A DNA stretch of 17,253 nucleotides from an uncultured Thermococci archaeon (GTDB lineage Archaea; Methanobacteriota_B; Thermococci; Thermococcales; Thermococcaceae): positions 1-17,253 of the forward strand of contig CAZAPD010000093.1 of the NCBI GenBank assembly GCA_964487115.1, in the 5' to 3' direction. This document shows positions 1-7,804 of this stretch, in pieces. Under the pieces are notes generated by a model. It had not been told where the DNA came from and did not search any database. It worked only from the letters and a program-made list of their open reading frames with translations. Position 1 is the first letter of the stretch; every line of letters begins with the position of its first letter. Made by a program: the position numbers and the translations under genes.

Positions 1-644
1 TCGAAGGGTCAGAGGGGAAGGCCCTCGGCGTTGCGATGACTCTACCCGAGGAGGTTCAGAGGTACTCGAACTCAGTGGAGGAACCGTCGCTCGAGGCCTT
101 CATCGAAAGAGCCGACAGCCTCAACGCTATCGAGAGGACACTTGGACTGGCGGCAATAAATGCAGTCTCCCAGTACCACATAGACCTAAGCAGTGCAAAG
201 TGGGTCGATGCGGTTGAACTCCTTGATAGCGATATCAAGACCGTTGCGGTCATAGGCAACATGCCCCCTATCGTGAGGGCCCTTCGGGAGAAGGGCTACA
301 ATCTCCATATATTCGAGCGCAATCCCCGGCTGTGGGATAGGGATACGCTGAGCGATGCCCTTGAGTACTGGCTTTTACCCGGGGTCGATGCAGTTGTTGC
401 AAGTGCGACATGTTTAGTTAACGGGACGCTCGACATGCTAAGTGACAGAGCAAAAAACGCAAGAGTCTTTCTGCTGACAGGCCCAACAGGTCAGCTGCTG
501 CCAGATTTCCTAAGCGGGACGCGCGTGACGCACATTGCGGCAATGAAGGTAGTGGACCTCGAGAAGGCCCTCCTCGGCCTCAAGCTCGGCTCCTTCAAAG
601 GCTTTGAGAAGGGCAACAGGAAGTATGTGGTGGAGGTGCCATAA
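1..644 (+). CDS. DUF364-family (Rossmann-like, putative heavy-metal chelation) protein, 5'-truncated by window edge
   Basis: The frame is open from the window start (EGSEGKALGVA precede the ATG at 36). Motifs RTLGLAAINAVSQ, VAVIG.M.P, FERNP, ASATCLVNGTLD and LTGPT are typical of DUF364. Confidence 0.8.
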   Translation, partial: EGSEGKALGVAMTLPEEVQRYSNSVEEPSLEAFIERADSLNAIERTLGLAAINAVSQYHIDLSSAKWVDAVELLDSDIKTVAVIGNMPPIVRALREKGYNLHIFERNPRLWDRDTLSDALEYWLLPGVDAVVASATCLVNGTLDMLSDRAKNARVFLLTGPTGQLLPDFLSGTRVTHIAAMKVVDLEKALLGLKLGSFKGFEKGNRKYVVEVP

Positions 645-802
645 TCCAGCCTTTTCCCATTTTTGAGGTAGTTGTACTTAACTGTTATATAAAAACAGCT
701 GGAATGTACTGTCAAAGTACTGGAGATTCTGAAGGAGCACCTTCAAAGCACGAAAAATAAAGTAGCTGAACGGATGGGAAATAATAATGTTCCATGAATG
801 TT

Positions 803-1240
803 TTAGTCATATTTCTTTCTGGTGACCTCATCGCAGAGAACATGCTTCAGTTTTTCCTCCCAATCAGGAGAACTCCATGTTCCTAAGGTTTTATGGGTGA
901 TGTAGTATTTCTGTGGAATAGGATGAGTCCCAAGAACAACTTTAAGACCGTATTTTTCCTCGATGAATTGTTTGAAGTAATCTATCCAAGGACACGGGGG
1001 ATAGCCCACCAGAAAGCCCGTTGCAAGATGTATAACCTCAGCACCGTTCTTCTTCATCTCTGCTGGAGCATATTCAATGTTTCCTCCAGGACAGCCTCCG
1101 CAGGTGGTGTATCCAACTACTTCGACTTCTTGATCCTTATATATGCTGAAGGCTCCCTCGCGCTCTCTCAATGCCCTAAAACATTTGCCGCCCGCACAGG
1201 TGCGATAGCGGTCGCAAATTATAATTCCAATCTTTACCAT
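803..1240 (-). CDS. CGGC-domain protein (Cys-rich putative metal/Fe-S-binding)
   Basis: KIGIIICDRYRTCAGGKCF, TCGGCPG, IHLATG, YPPCP and VVLGTH motifs. GGGAGATG RBS favours the ATG at 1240 (alternative 1249). Confidence 0.85.
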   Translation of the reverse strand: MVKIGIIICDRYRTCAGGKCFRALREREGAFSIYKDQEVEVVGYTTCGGCPGGNIEYAPAEMKKNGAEVIHLATGFLVGYPPCPWIDYFKQFIEEKYGLKVVLGTHPIPQKYYITHKTLGTWSSPDWEEKLKHVLCDEVTRKKYD

Positions 1241-1445
1241 TTTCGACATCTCCCTAAAGGTTTAAACATGCATCTTAACAAAAAGTTGGCTTAAACTTTT
1301 CGCCAAACTTTTGACTTTTCCTACATTCTGAAGTTCATCCGTAATCTTCCTATCTTTGCTATTTATAACATTGAAATCAGCTTTGCTTAACTCATGAAAA
1401 GGCTTTCAATGCTTTAACCTCAGGTTATACTCAAAATTGCCCAAT

Positions 1446-1476
1446 AAAGTTTATAAGATTTTTTTGCATATGCACA
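1446..1476 (+). promoter_or_regulatory. BRE/TATA (AAAG-TTTATAAG) followed by palindrome TGCATATGCA (1465-1474)
   Basis: Read directly from the sequence; TATA at 1450-1457, upstream of the small Gly/Arg-rich ORF. Confidence 0.65.
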
Positions 1477-1489
1477 GATGGTGATAATA

Positions 1490-1660
1490 ATGCCGGGAGG
1501 ATGGGGCAGAAGGAGAGGAGGATTTGCCAGGGGCAGATGGATTGGCCCCTGGCCAGGTAGAGGGCCCTTTAGCTACTTGCCGCCGTGGCAGAGACCGGGA
1601 TGGGTTTATGGAAGAGCTTACTGGACATACAGAGCACCAGTTGGATATGCATACTATTGA
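1490..1660 (+). CDS. Small Gly/Arg/Trp-rich protein, DUF5320-like (56 aa)
   Basis: GGTGAT RBS at 1480-1485 before ATG 1490, with its own TATA box. Sequence MPGGWGRRRGG...GPWPGRGPFSYLPPWQRPGW. Such proteins commonly accompany NifB/NifX and Fe-S ATPase clusters. Confidence 0.65.
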   Translation: MPGGWGRRRGGFARGRWIGPWPGRGPFSYLPPWQRPGWVYGRAYWTYRAPVGYAYY

Positions 1661-1684
1661 ACCTTTATTATTTTCCAGATATTT

Positions 1685-2167
1685 TTACCCCTTTACAAAC
1701 CTTCCGTCATCCTTTGTTTTCGGGAGCTTGTGGAGGTTTTTCTCAAGCCAGCCAATCTTTTCAACTTCTCTAATATCAAACTCTGGAACATAAGGCTTTA
1801 TGTCCAGGAGAGGCGTTCCATCCACTATATCGACGTCTTTAATGTGAAGTACGTTTCTTTCAACTCCAAGGAGCCTCACTATTGAAATACCAATCGGATT
1901 AGGTCTGCTGGGGGCTCTGGTTGCAAAAACCCCATGCTCCTCATCATCCATGTATGGCTTTACGATCAGTTTTCCCGGTGTAGCCAAGTGGAAGCGGTAG
2001 ATTAGAATAATATGAGAGAAGCCTTCAATATCTTTCAGCCCTGGGGCATACTCAGGGAGGAGTTCCACCCATCCTCTAACTCCAACAGCAGCAGATGGCT
2101 GTATTGGGACACCTTTTGGCTCTTTGAATGGAGTATGGATAATACCTATGGGTTTGTATGCTATCAT
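1685..2167 (-). CDS. tsaA: TsaA/TrmO-family SAM-dependent methyltransferase (tRNA m6t6A37 methyltransferase-like)
   Basis: KPIGIIHTPF, P.QP, GLKDIEGFSHI, GVFATRAPSRPNPIG and DGTPLLDIKPY motifs. Start uncertain (2167, 2179 or 2188). Confidence 0.9.
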   Translation of the reverse strand: MIAYKPIGIIHTPFKEPKGVPIQPSAAVGVRGWVELLPEYAPGLKDIEGFSHIILIYRFHLATPGKLIVKPYMDDEEHGVFATRAPSRPNPIGISIVRLLGVERNVLHIKDVDIVDGTPLLDIKPYVPEFDIREVEKIGWLEKNLHKLPKTKDDGRFVKG

Positions 2168-2260
2168 TCCCAAAATCATCCCCCTCATGAATTGGGAGGT
2201 AGAGGTTAAACATTTTTCCTTTCACCAGCAGCTTGCTCTTTGACTGGAATAATCCGGGGG

Positions 2261-2791
2261 CTACAACTTTAAAAACTCACTGAGAAGCTTGAAAAATCGA
2301 GTCTTCTTTCCAGAGGGTGTTATAAATCTATGAAGAATGAGCTCATTTCTCAGTGTTTCACATTCTTTGGGATTGCCCAGCTTTTTACACACCTCTTGAA
2401 AGTCTGAGCTTTTGGCAAGCATATGCACAATATCATATCCGTTAAAGAGCTTTGTAAAGTATTGTTTAACCCATTCTTCATTAATTGAACGGAGAAAGAG
2501 CTCACCCTTTCGAGAGAGACGGTAATAGGTGTGGTGTTTATGCACCTCAAATGCTTTTTTGAAACGTGCTTTGCTTCTCTTCACAGCTGAACCAGAGTCC
2601 CGTTCTATTAATCCCGCTTCAAGGAGGTCGTTTATCGCATCCTTAATTAGGGATACATCCAGCTCAGTCATCTTGGCCATCATATTGGCGTAATCTACTC
2701 CGGCTTTTTTGAAATGGAGCAGGATATAAAAGTGAATTGGGAGCAGTTGGTATGAAACAGAGCGTTCTTGGGGCATATTTTTCCCACTCAT
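2261..2791 (-). CDS. DUF2250-like archaeal winged-helix protein, putative DNA-binding
   Basis: ILLHFKKAGVDYA..MAK, L.EAGLIER..GS..K and HKHHTYYRLSRKGE wHTH pattern. GGGGAG RBS before ATG 2791. Confidence 0.7.
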   Translation of the reverse strand: MSGKNMPQERSVSYQLLPIHFYILLHFKKAGVDYANMMAKMTELDVSLIKDAINDLLEAGLIERDSGSAVKRSKARFKKAFEVHKHHTYYRLSRKGELFLRSINEEWVKQYFTKLFNGYDIVHMLAKSSDFQEVCKKLGNPKECETLRNELILHRFITPSGKKTRFFKLLSEFLKL

Positions 2792-2875
2792 CGTCAAATC
2801 TCCCCTTTAGTTTATTCTCCTCATTTCCTATAAACCTATCAGTTAAAGAAAAGAACATTCAGAAGTTCATGATTC

Positions 2876-3262
2876 TCACTGTTTATTCTTCTTCTCCTGA
2901 ACTTGTTTCCAGAGCTCTTCAAAGTTCTCTACAATCCGCTGAAGGGCAAGTTTTAAGTCTCTTGTTCTCGTGAAGAACGCTACTTTATCGCTCTGATCTC
3001 TAATCCTAAGAAAGTTTGGCCCCATTCTAAAGGCTGCTAAAACATCTACATCCATAAGCTGGCCAATTATTGCCCTGAATTTTCTTGGATCTCCGTGCCC
3101 CTCTTCTTCCATGTCTTTGGCTCTGTTATTCCTCCTCTCGAGGAGCTTAATACTTCCGTTTTCACATACCTCATATATCAGAAAGAACTCAGAATCTCCA
3201 TAATGGGCATCTATGAGGGTTTCATCGTTTTCCATACCAAATGCAACCTTCAAGCATCTCAC
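2876..3262 (-). CDS. NifB/NifX-family (dinitrogenase FeMo-cofactor biosynthesis-like) metallocluster-binding protein
   Basis: KVAFG...AHYGDSEFFLIYEV, HGD and DVDVL...MGP motifs. GGAGGTGA RBS precedes GTG at 3262, so the longer ORF start at 3292 lies in the promoter. Confidence 0.8.
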   Translation of the reverse strand: MRCLKVAFGMENDETLIDAHYGDSEFFLIYEVCENGSIKLLERRNNRAKDMEEEGHGDPRKFRAIIGQLMDVDVLAAFRMGPNFLRIRDQSDKVAFFTRTRDLKLALQRIVENFEELWKQVQEKKNKQ

Positions 3263-3280
3263 AGGCTCACCTCCAGATTG

Positions 3281-3292
3281 GTGCATATGCAC
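3281..3292. promoter_or_regulatory. Perfect 12-bp palindrome GTGCATATGCAC just downstream of the minus-strand TATA (TTTTTAAG, 3304-3297)
   Basis: Seen directly; same core and similar position relative to TATA as at 1465-1474. Confidence 0.6.
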
Positions 3293-3307
3293 AAAGCTTA
3301 AAAACTT

Positions 3308-3326
3308 TTAGGTTGGCCTAACTTTA
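3308..3326 (+). promoter_or_regulatory. DtxR/IdeR-like operator TTAGGTTGGCCTAACTTTA
   Basis: 16/19 match to the classical DtxR consensus TTAGGTTAGCCTAACCTAA. Lies directly downstream of the + strand TATA-like CTTAAAAA (3297-3304). Confidence 0.6.
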
Positions 3327-3369
3327 GATAAATGTAAATTAATGAAGGTCACAGGGAGGAGGAACGAGA

Positions 3370-4239
3370 ATGCAGATAGCTGTGAGCGGTGGAAAAGGTG
3401 GAACAGGAAAGTCAACTGTGGCAATAAATCTTGCGATAGTACTCAAAGATTATTTTGACCTTACATTGGCGGATTTGGATGTTGAAGCTCCAAACGACCA
3501 TCTCCTGCTGGGAGTTGAATTAAGCAACGAGGAACCGGTAGAGCTCTTCATGCCACGCTTTGATTATGAGAAATGTACGAGATGCAGGAAATGTGCAGAG
3601 GTTTGCGAGGAGCATGCTATAATAACCATGCGTGATGGAACGCCCTTCCTCATGCCAAACCTCTGCTCTGGCTGCGCTGCCTGTGAGATAATTTGCCCGG
3701 TTCCGGGGGCGATTCTGCCGGGCAAGAAGCTGATGGGGCACACCTACCTGAGTGAAACCCCCTACGGTTTCCCGCTTGTCACTGGGAGACTCCTTGAGGG
3801 CGAGGAGAGAGCGATGCCAATTGTTTCGCGGGCAAAGAAGCGTGCTCAATCCCTCGGGAAGAAGCTTCTCATGGTCGATACCGCTGCAGGAACGAGCAAT
3901 ACTGTTTCTAAGGCCCTTGAGGACTCAGAACTGATAATAGCGGTTGCAGAACCAACACCTCTTGGCATCCACGACGGCGAGCTGATTCTCAGGCTGGCGG
4001 AACTTATGAATATTCCAGCAGTGGTGGTGATAAACCGTGCTGACCTTGGCAATGTTGGTAAGGTGCATGAGATTGCCAAGAAGTACGGAGCTGAGGTAAT
4101 AGCGGAGATTCCCTACAGTGAGAACATTATACGGAGCTATGTTGACGGGAAGCCAATAGTTCTGACGAACTATCCCGAGGCGAAGCTCTTCAGAGAGATC
4201 GCTTCTAAGGTTTCTGAATTCCTTGGAGGTGGTAAGTGA
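3370..4239 (+). CDS. MinD-superfamily P-loop ATPase with inserted 2x[4Fe-4S] ferredoxin domain (COG1149-type), paralog 1
   Basis: Deviant Walker A SGGKGGTGKST, DLDVEAPN, CTRCRKCAEVC, CSGCAACEIICP, DTAAG, VAEPTP. RBS GGGAGGAGG. Confidence 0.9.
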   Translation: MQIAVSGGKGGTGKSTVAINLAIVLKDYFDLTLADLDVEAPNDHLLLGVELSNEEPVELFMPRFDYEKCTRCRKCAEVCEEHAIITMRDGTPFLMPNLCSGCAACEIICPVPGAILPGKKLMGHTYLSETPYGFPLVTGRLLEGEERAMPIVSRAKKRAQSLGKKLLMVDTAAGTSNTVSKALEDSELIIAVAEPTPLGIHDGELILRLAELMNIPAVVVINRADLGNVGKVHEIAKKYGAEVIAEIPYSENIIRSYVDGKPIVLTNYPEAKLFREIASKVSEFLGGGK

Positions 4240-5126
4240 TGCAGCTGGTCATAGCAAGCGGCAAGGGTGGAGTTGGGAAAAGTACCGTCACAGCTTCGCT
4301 CCTCTATCTGCTGAAGGACGAGTACCGTTTCGTTGCCGTTGATGCCGATGCGGACGCGCCGAACCTCGACCTGCTCCTCGGCGTGGAGCGCTGGGAGGAG
4401 GAGCGGGAGTTGATAGGTGCAAAAGTTGCGAGGATAAACACGGAGAGCTGCATAAGGTGCGGCATCTGTCAGGAGCGCTGTCCCTACGACTGCATCAAGG
4501 TCATCGACGGCAATTATGTTGTGAGCGAGCTGACCTGTGAAGGCTGCAATGTCTGCGGCTTGGTCTGTCCTGTCCCGGGAACGATAAGCCTTGCTGAGGT
4601 TCGCTCTGGATTGGTGAGGAAAACAATGACACGCTACGGCTTCCCGCTGATTTCAGCCCAGCTCGACGTAGGAAGGCCCAACAGCGGAAAGTTAGTCACT
4701 GAGGAGAAAGAGTGGGCGAAAAAGCTCATGGATGAGCTCGGCTTAGAACACATGATAGTTGACTCAGCTGCTGGAATCGGTTGCCAGGTGATAGCGAGCA
4801 TTGGTGGGGCTGATTTGACCATACTTGTAGCAGAACCAACCCCTGCTTCCCTTAGCGACGTTCAGAGGGCTTACAGGGTCGTTCAGCACTTCAGACAGCC
4901 AGCTTACCTCATCATTAACAAGGCTAACCTCAACCCCGGCTTCACAGAGCTGGAGGAATGGGCTACAGATGAGGACATCCCTATCCTTGGTGAAATACCC
5001 TATGACAGAGCGGTTCCAGAGAGTATGAGCATGTTGAAGCCTGTTGTTGAAGTATTCCCTGATTCAAAAGTCGCTGAGGCCATGAGAGAGATAGCCGAGC
5101 GTGTGAAGGAGGAGGTAATTAAGTGA
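4239..5126 (+). CDS. MinD-superfamily P-loop ATPase with inserted 2x[4Fe-4S] ferredoxin domain (COG1149-type), paralog 2
   Basis: SGKGGVGKST, DADADAPN, CIRCGICQERCP, CEGCNVCGLVCP, SGKLVT, DSAAGIGC. TGATG stop/start overlap with paralog 1. Confidence 0.9.
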   Translation: MQLVIASGKGGVGKSTVTASLLYLLKDEYRFVAVDADADAPNLDLLLGVERWEEERELIGAKVARINTESCIRCGICQERCPYDCIKVIDGNYVVSELTCEGCNVCGLVCPVPGTISLAEVRSGLVRKTMTRYGFPLISAQLDVGRPNSGKLVTEEKEWAKKLMDELGLEHMIVDSAAGIGCQVIASIGGADLTILVAEPTPASLSDVQRAYRVVQHFRQPAYLIINKANLNPGFTELEEWATDEDIPILGEIPYDRAVPESMSMLKPVVEVFPDSKVAEAMREIAERVKEEVIK

Positions 5127-5188
5127 GTTTCTTTTGCTCTCAACCCAAACCTTAAAAGCTTCCCTTCCAATTCCCTCTGGTGATGTAA

Positions 5189-5632
5189 ATGGCGACGAAT
5201 CAGGAGAAACTGGAAAAGCTTGCCTATGAGTATCAACTTTTACAGGCTCAGGCTCAGCTTTTGGCACAGAACCTTGAGCTTCTCACCATGGGGAGAAACG
5301 AATTTCAAGCAGTTAAAGAAACCTTGGAAGAACTCAAAAATGTTGAAGATGAAAAACCTGAAATTCTTGTCCCAATAGGAGCAGGTTCTTTCCTCAAAGG
5401 GCTTATTGTTGATAAGGAAAATGCCATCGTTAGCATTGGAGCAGGTTATGCTGTGGAGAAGAATCTTGATGATGCAATTGCATACCTTGAGGCCCGTATA
5501 AAAGAGTATGATGAAGCAATAGCAAAAACCCAGAGCTCTCTCAAACAGCTTGAAGGAAAGCTTCAAGAACTGGCAGTTGAAGCCCAGAAAATACAGCAGG
5601 AGGAAGCGATGAAGTTCAGCGTTAAGAAATGA
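5189..5632 (+). CDS. pfdA: Prefoldin alpha subunit
   Basis: Coiled coil - [14 protein letters not shown]...[13 protein letters not shown] beta hairpins - coiled coil. GGTGAT RBS. Confidence 0.93.
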   Translation: MATNQEKLEKLAYEYQLLQAQAQLLAQNLELLTMGRNEFQAVKETLEELKNVEDEKPEILVPIGAGSFLKGLIVDKENAIVSIGAGYAVEKNLDDAIAYLEARIKEYDEAIAKTQSSLKQLEGKLQELAVEAQKIQQEEAMKFSVKK

Positions 5633-6584
5633 CGCTTTCTTTTAATATATTCTCTGACTCTTTCATTGTCTTCCGATACCATTCTACGGTTTTCTTCAGC
5701 CCTTCCTCTATGCTCCACTCTGCTTTAAAACCGAGCTTCCTTATTTTGGTTATATCCGCCTGACTGTGCTTTATATCTCCGGGTCTGGGTTTGTCAAAGA
5801 GTATTGAGGTGTTTGCACCTGTTATCTCAATGATTTTTGTGGCCAATTCTAAAATGGTTGTTCTTTCTCCTCTGGCCACGTTAAAAATTTTCCCATTGGC
5901 TTTTCTACTCTCCGCTACAAGAATATTGGCCCTGACGACATCTTTGACATATATGAAATCCCTCGTTTGCTTGCCATCACCGAAGATTATAAGCGGCTCA
6001 TTCCTGAGTGCCCTGCTAATGAAGATGCTTATTACTCCTGCATACTGGTTTGCTCCCTGTCTTGGCCCGAAGACGTTGAAATAGCGGAGGGAAACAACAG
6101 GTAGGCCGTAGAGCTCGTGAAAAACCCTGAGATAATGCTCTGAAGATACCTTAGTGATACCGTAAGGGGACATGGGTCTCGGTGTTTCATCCTCTTTCAG
6201 GGGTAGATTGGGGTTATCGCCATAAATCGCCGCTGAAGAGGCAAAAACCAGCTTTCCCTCTCCCTCCATCAGCGCTCTAAGGATGTTGAGAGTGCCCAGA
6301 ACGTTGACTTCTTCCGTGAAGAGAGGTTTTTCTATGCTCTCCACAACACTAACAATTGCGGCCTCATGAAAAATATAGTCCGCTGAGCTTATTACTTCTG
6401 CAATCCTTTCGTAATCCCTTATATCCGCCCGGATAAACTTTGCTCCGGGAGGAGTGTTCTCTCTTTTTCCTGTGTAGAGATTGTCAATTATGACAACATC
6501 GTTTTCTCTGCTCAGCTCCCATGCTATGTGGGAGCCTATAAAGCCTGCACCTCCGGTAACGACGATAAGCTTGTTCTTTATCAT
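5622..6584 (-). CDS. galE: NAD-dependent epimerase/dehydratase (UDP-glucose 4-epimerase-like extended SDR)
   Basis: [22 protein letters not shown] (YxxxK), [20 protein letters not shown] and RPGDIKHS motifs. Likely start MIKNK at 6584. Exact substrate not determinable. Confidence 0.8.
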   Translation of the reverse strand: MIKNKLIVVTGGAGFIGSHIAWELSRENDVVIIDNLYTGKRENTPPGAKFIRADIRDYERIAEVISSADYIFHEAAIVSVVESIEKPLFTEEVNVLGTLNILRALMEGEGKLVFASSAAIYGDNPNLPLKEDETPRPMSPYGITKVSSEHYLRVFHELYGLPVVSLRYFNVFGPRQGANQYAGVISIFISRALRNEPLIIFGDGKQTRDFIYVKDVVRANILVAESRKANGKIFNVARGERTTILELATKIIEITGANTSILFDKPRPGDIKHSQADITKIRKLGFKAEWSIEEGLKKTVEWYRKTMKESENILKESVIS

Positions 6585-6715
6585 GAAAATGCACCAAAAA
6601 AGAATCTTTGCCATGATTTTTAACCTTTTGCAGCCCCATTGACCAATTCTTAACAAATCCTTGTAAATTCGAAACTGTTTTAAACCCCTTATTGACTTAA
6701 CTATGGGTAAGAACC

Positions 6716-7735
6716 ATGCCAAGCTACATTGTTGTTGGTGGCCAGTGGGGAGATGAAGGTAAGGGGTCTGTTATTGCCTACCTTGCCACTAAAGACAGGC
6801 CTGAGGTCATAGCAAGGGGCGGTGTGGGAACTAATGCAGGACACAGCGTCTTTATCGGTGGAAAGAAGTATGCCGTTAGGCAGCTACCAACAGGCTTTAT
6901 GCAAAGAGATGCAAGGCTTCTTGTGGGTCCGGGGGTTCTTGTGGATCCCGAAGTCTTTTTCCACGAGCTTGAGCATCTGAAAGAATTTGGTGTAGAGAAT
7001 CGGGTAGGTATAGATTATCGCTGTGCTGTGATAGAAGCAAAACACAAAGAGCTGGACAGGACTAATGGTTACCTCCACGGGGAAATTGGAACGACAGGAT
7101 CGGGATGTGGTCCTGCAAATGCAGATAGGGCAATGAGAACTGCAAAACAGGTAAAAGACATCAAAGAGCTTGAACCATATCTGACGGATGTAGCTGAAGA
7201 GGTGAATGATGCCCTCGATGAGGGAAAGCTTGTTCTGGTTGAAGGAACTCAGGGGTTTGGCTTGAGTCTCTACTTTGGAACATATCCCTATGTGACATCC
7301 AAAGACACCTCAGCTTCAGCGATAGCAAGCGATGTTGGAATTGGACCGACAAGGGTTGATGATGTCATAGTCGTCTTTAAGAGCTTTCCGACAAGGGTCG
7401 GAGCTGGACCATTCCCGACGGAAATGAGCCTGGAGGAAGCAGAGAGGCTTGGTGTTGTTGAGTATGGGACAGTCACCGGAAGGAGGAGAAGGGTTGGGTG
7501 GTTTGATTATGAATTTGCCCGCTATTCAGCAAGGGTCAATGGGGCTACAATGCTCGCGATAACCATGCTCGACAAATACAACAGAGAAGCCTTTGGAATC
7601 ACGGATTATGAAAAATTGCCCAGTAAGGCCAAGGAGTTTATTGAGGAGATTGAAGAGCGGGTTGGCGTTCCAGTCGGTTTGATAAGGACAGGCCCAGAGC
7701 TTGAACACATCATTGACCTGAGGGAAAACCTATAG
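6716..7735 (+). CDS. purA: Adenylosuccinate synthetase (short archaeal type)
   Basis: [47 protein letters not shown] and [14 protein letters not shown] motifs. Confidence 0.97.
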   Translation: MPSYIVVGGQWGDEGKGSVIAYLATKDRPEVIARGGVGTNAGHSVFIGGKKYAVRQLPTGFMQRDARLLVGPGVLVDPEVFFHELEHLKEFGVENRVGIDYRCAVIEAKHKELDRTNGYLHGEIGTTGSGCGPANADRAMRTAKQVKDIKELEPYLTDVAEEVNDALDEGKLVLVEGTQGFGLSLYFGTYPYVTSKDTSASAIASDVGIGPTRVDDVIVVFKSFPTRVGAGPFPTEMSLEEAERLGVVEYGTVTGRRRRVGWFDYEFARYSARVNGATMLAITMLDKYNREAFGITDYEKLPSKAKEFIEEIEERVGVPVGLIRTGPELEHIIDLRENL

Positions 7736-7759
7736 CACTACCTTTATTTACTTCTTTTA

Positions 7760-7780
7760 TGTATCTCTTTCGGTGATACA
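7760..7780. promoter_or_regulatory. TGM (Thermococcales glycolytic motif), putative TrmBL1/Tgr site: TG-TATCTC-N5-GTGATA-CA
   Basis: One mismatch to TATCAC-N5-GTGATA (7762-7778) with symmetric flanks, downstream of TATA-like TTTATTTA (7743-7750) and upstream of a glycoside hydrolase. Confidence 0.75.
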
Positions 7781-7804
7781 ACAGTGGAATCTCAGACATC
7801 AACC

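Noticed and set aside
645..802. Intergenic gap between convergent genes as possible ncRNA or IS remnant
   Set aside because: No C/D boxes, tRNA fold, terminal inverted repeats or convincing hairpin could be seen by eye.
2419..2430. Third GCATATGCACAA copy
   Set aside because: Lies inside the DUF2250-like CDS (encodes IVHML) with no adjacent TATA; probably coincidental.
2876..3262. Nitrogen fixation inferred from the NifB/NifX-family protein
   Set aside because: No nifH, nifD or nifK in the window; the domain is widespread in non-diazotrophs.
5622..5632. 11-bp convergent overlap of pfdA and galE-like 3' ends
   Set aside because: Common in compact archaeal genomes; no further signal.
6677..6685. 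GTTTTAAAC matching the SurR short motif GTT-N3-AAC before purA
   Set aside because: Coincides with the TTTTAAA TATA box and lacks the extended N5-GTT part; such a short motif occurs often by chance.
6585..6722. 46-codon N-terminal extension of the galE-like ORF
   Set aside because: Spans the divergent promoter and overlaps the purA start; the SDR fold begins at MIKNK (6584).
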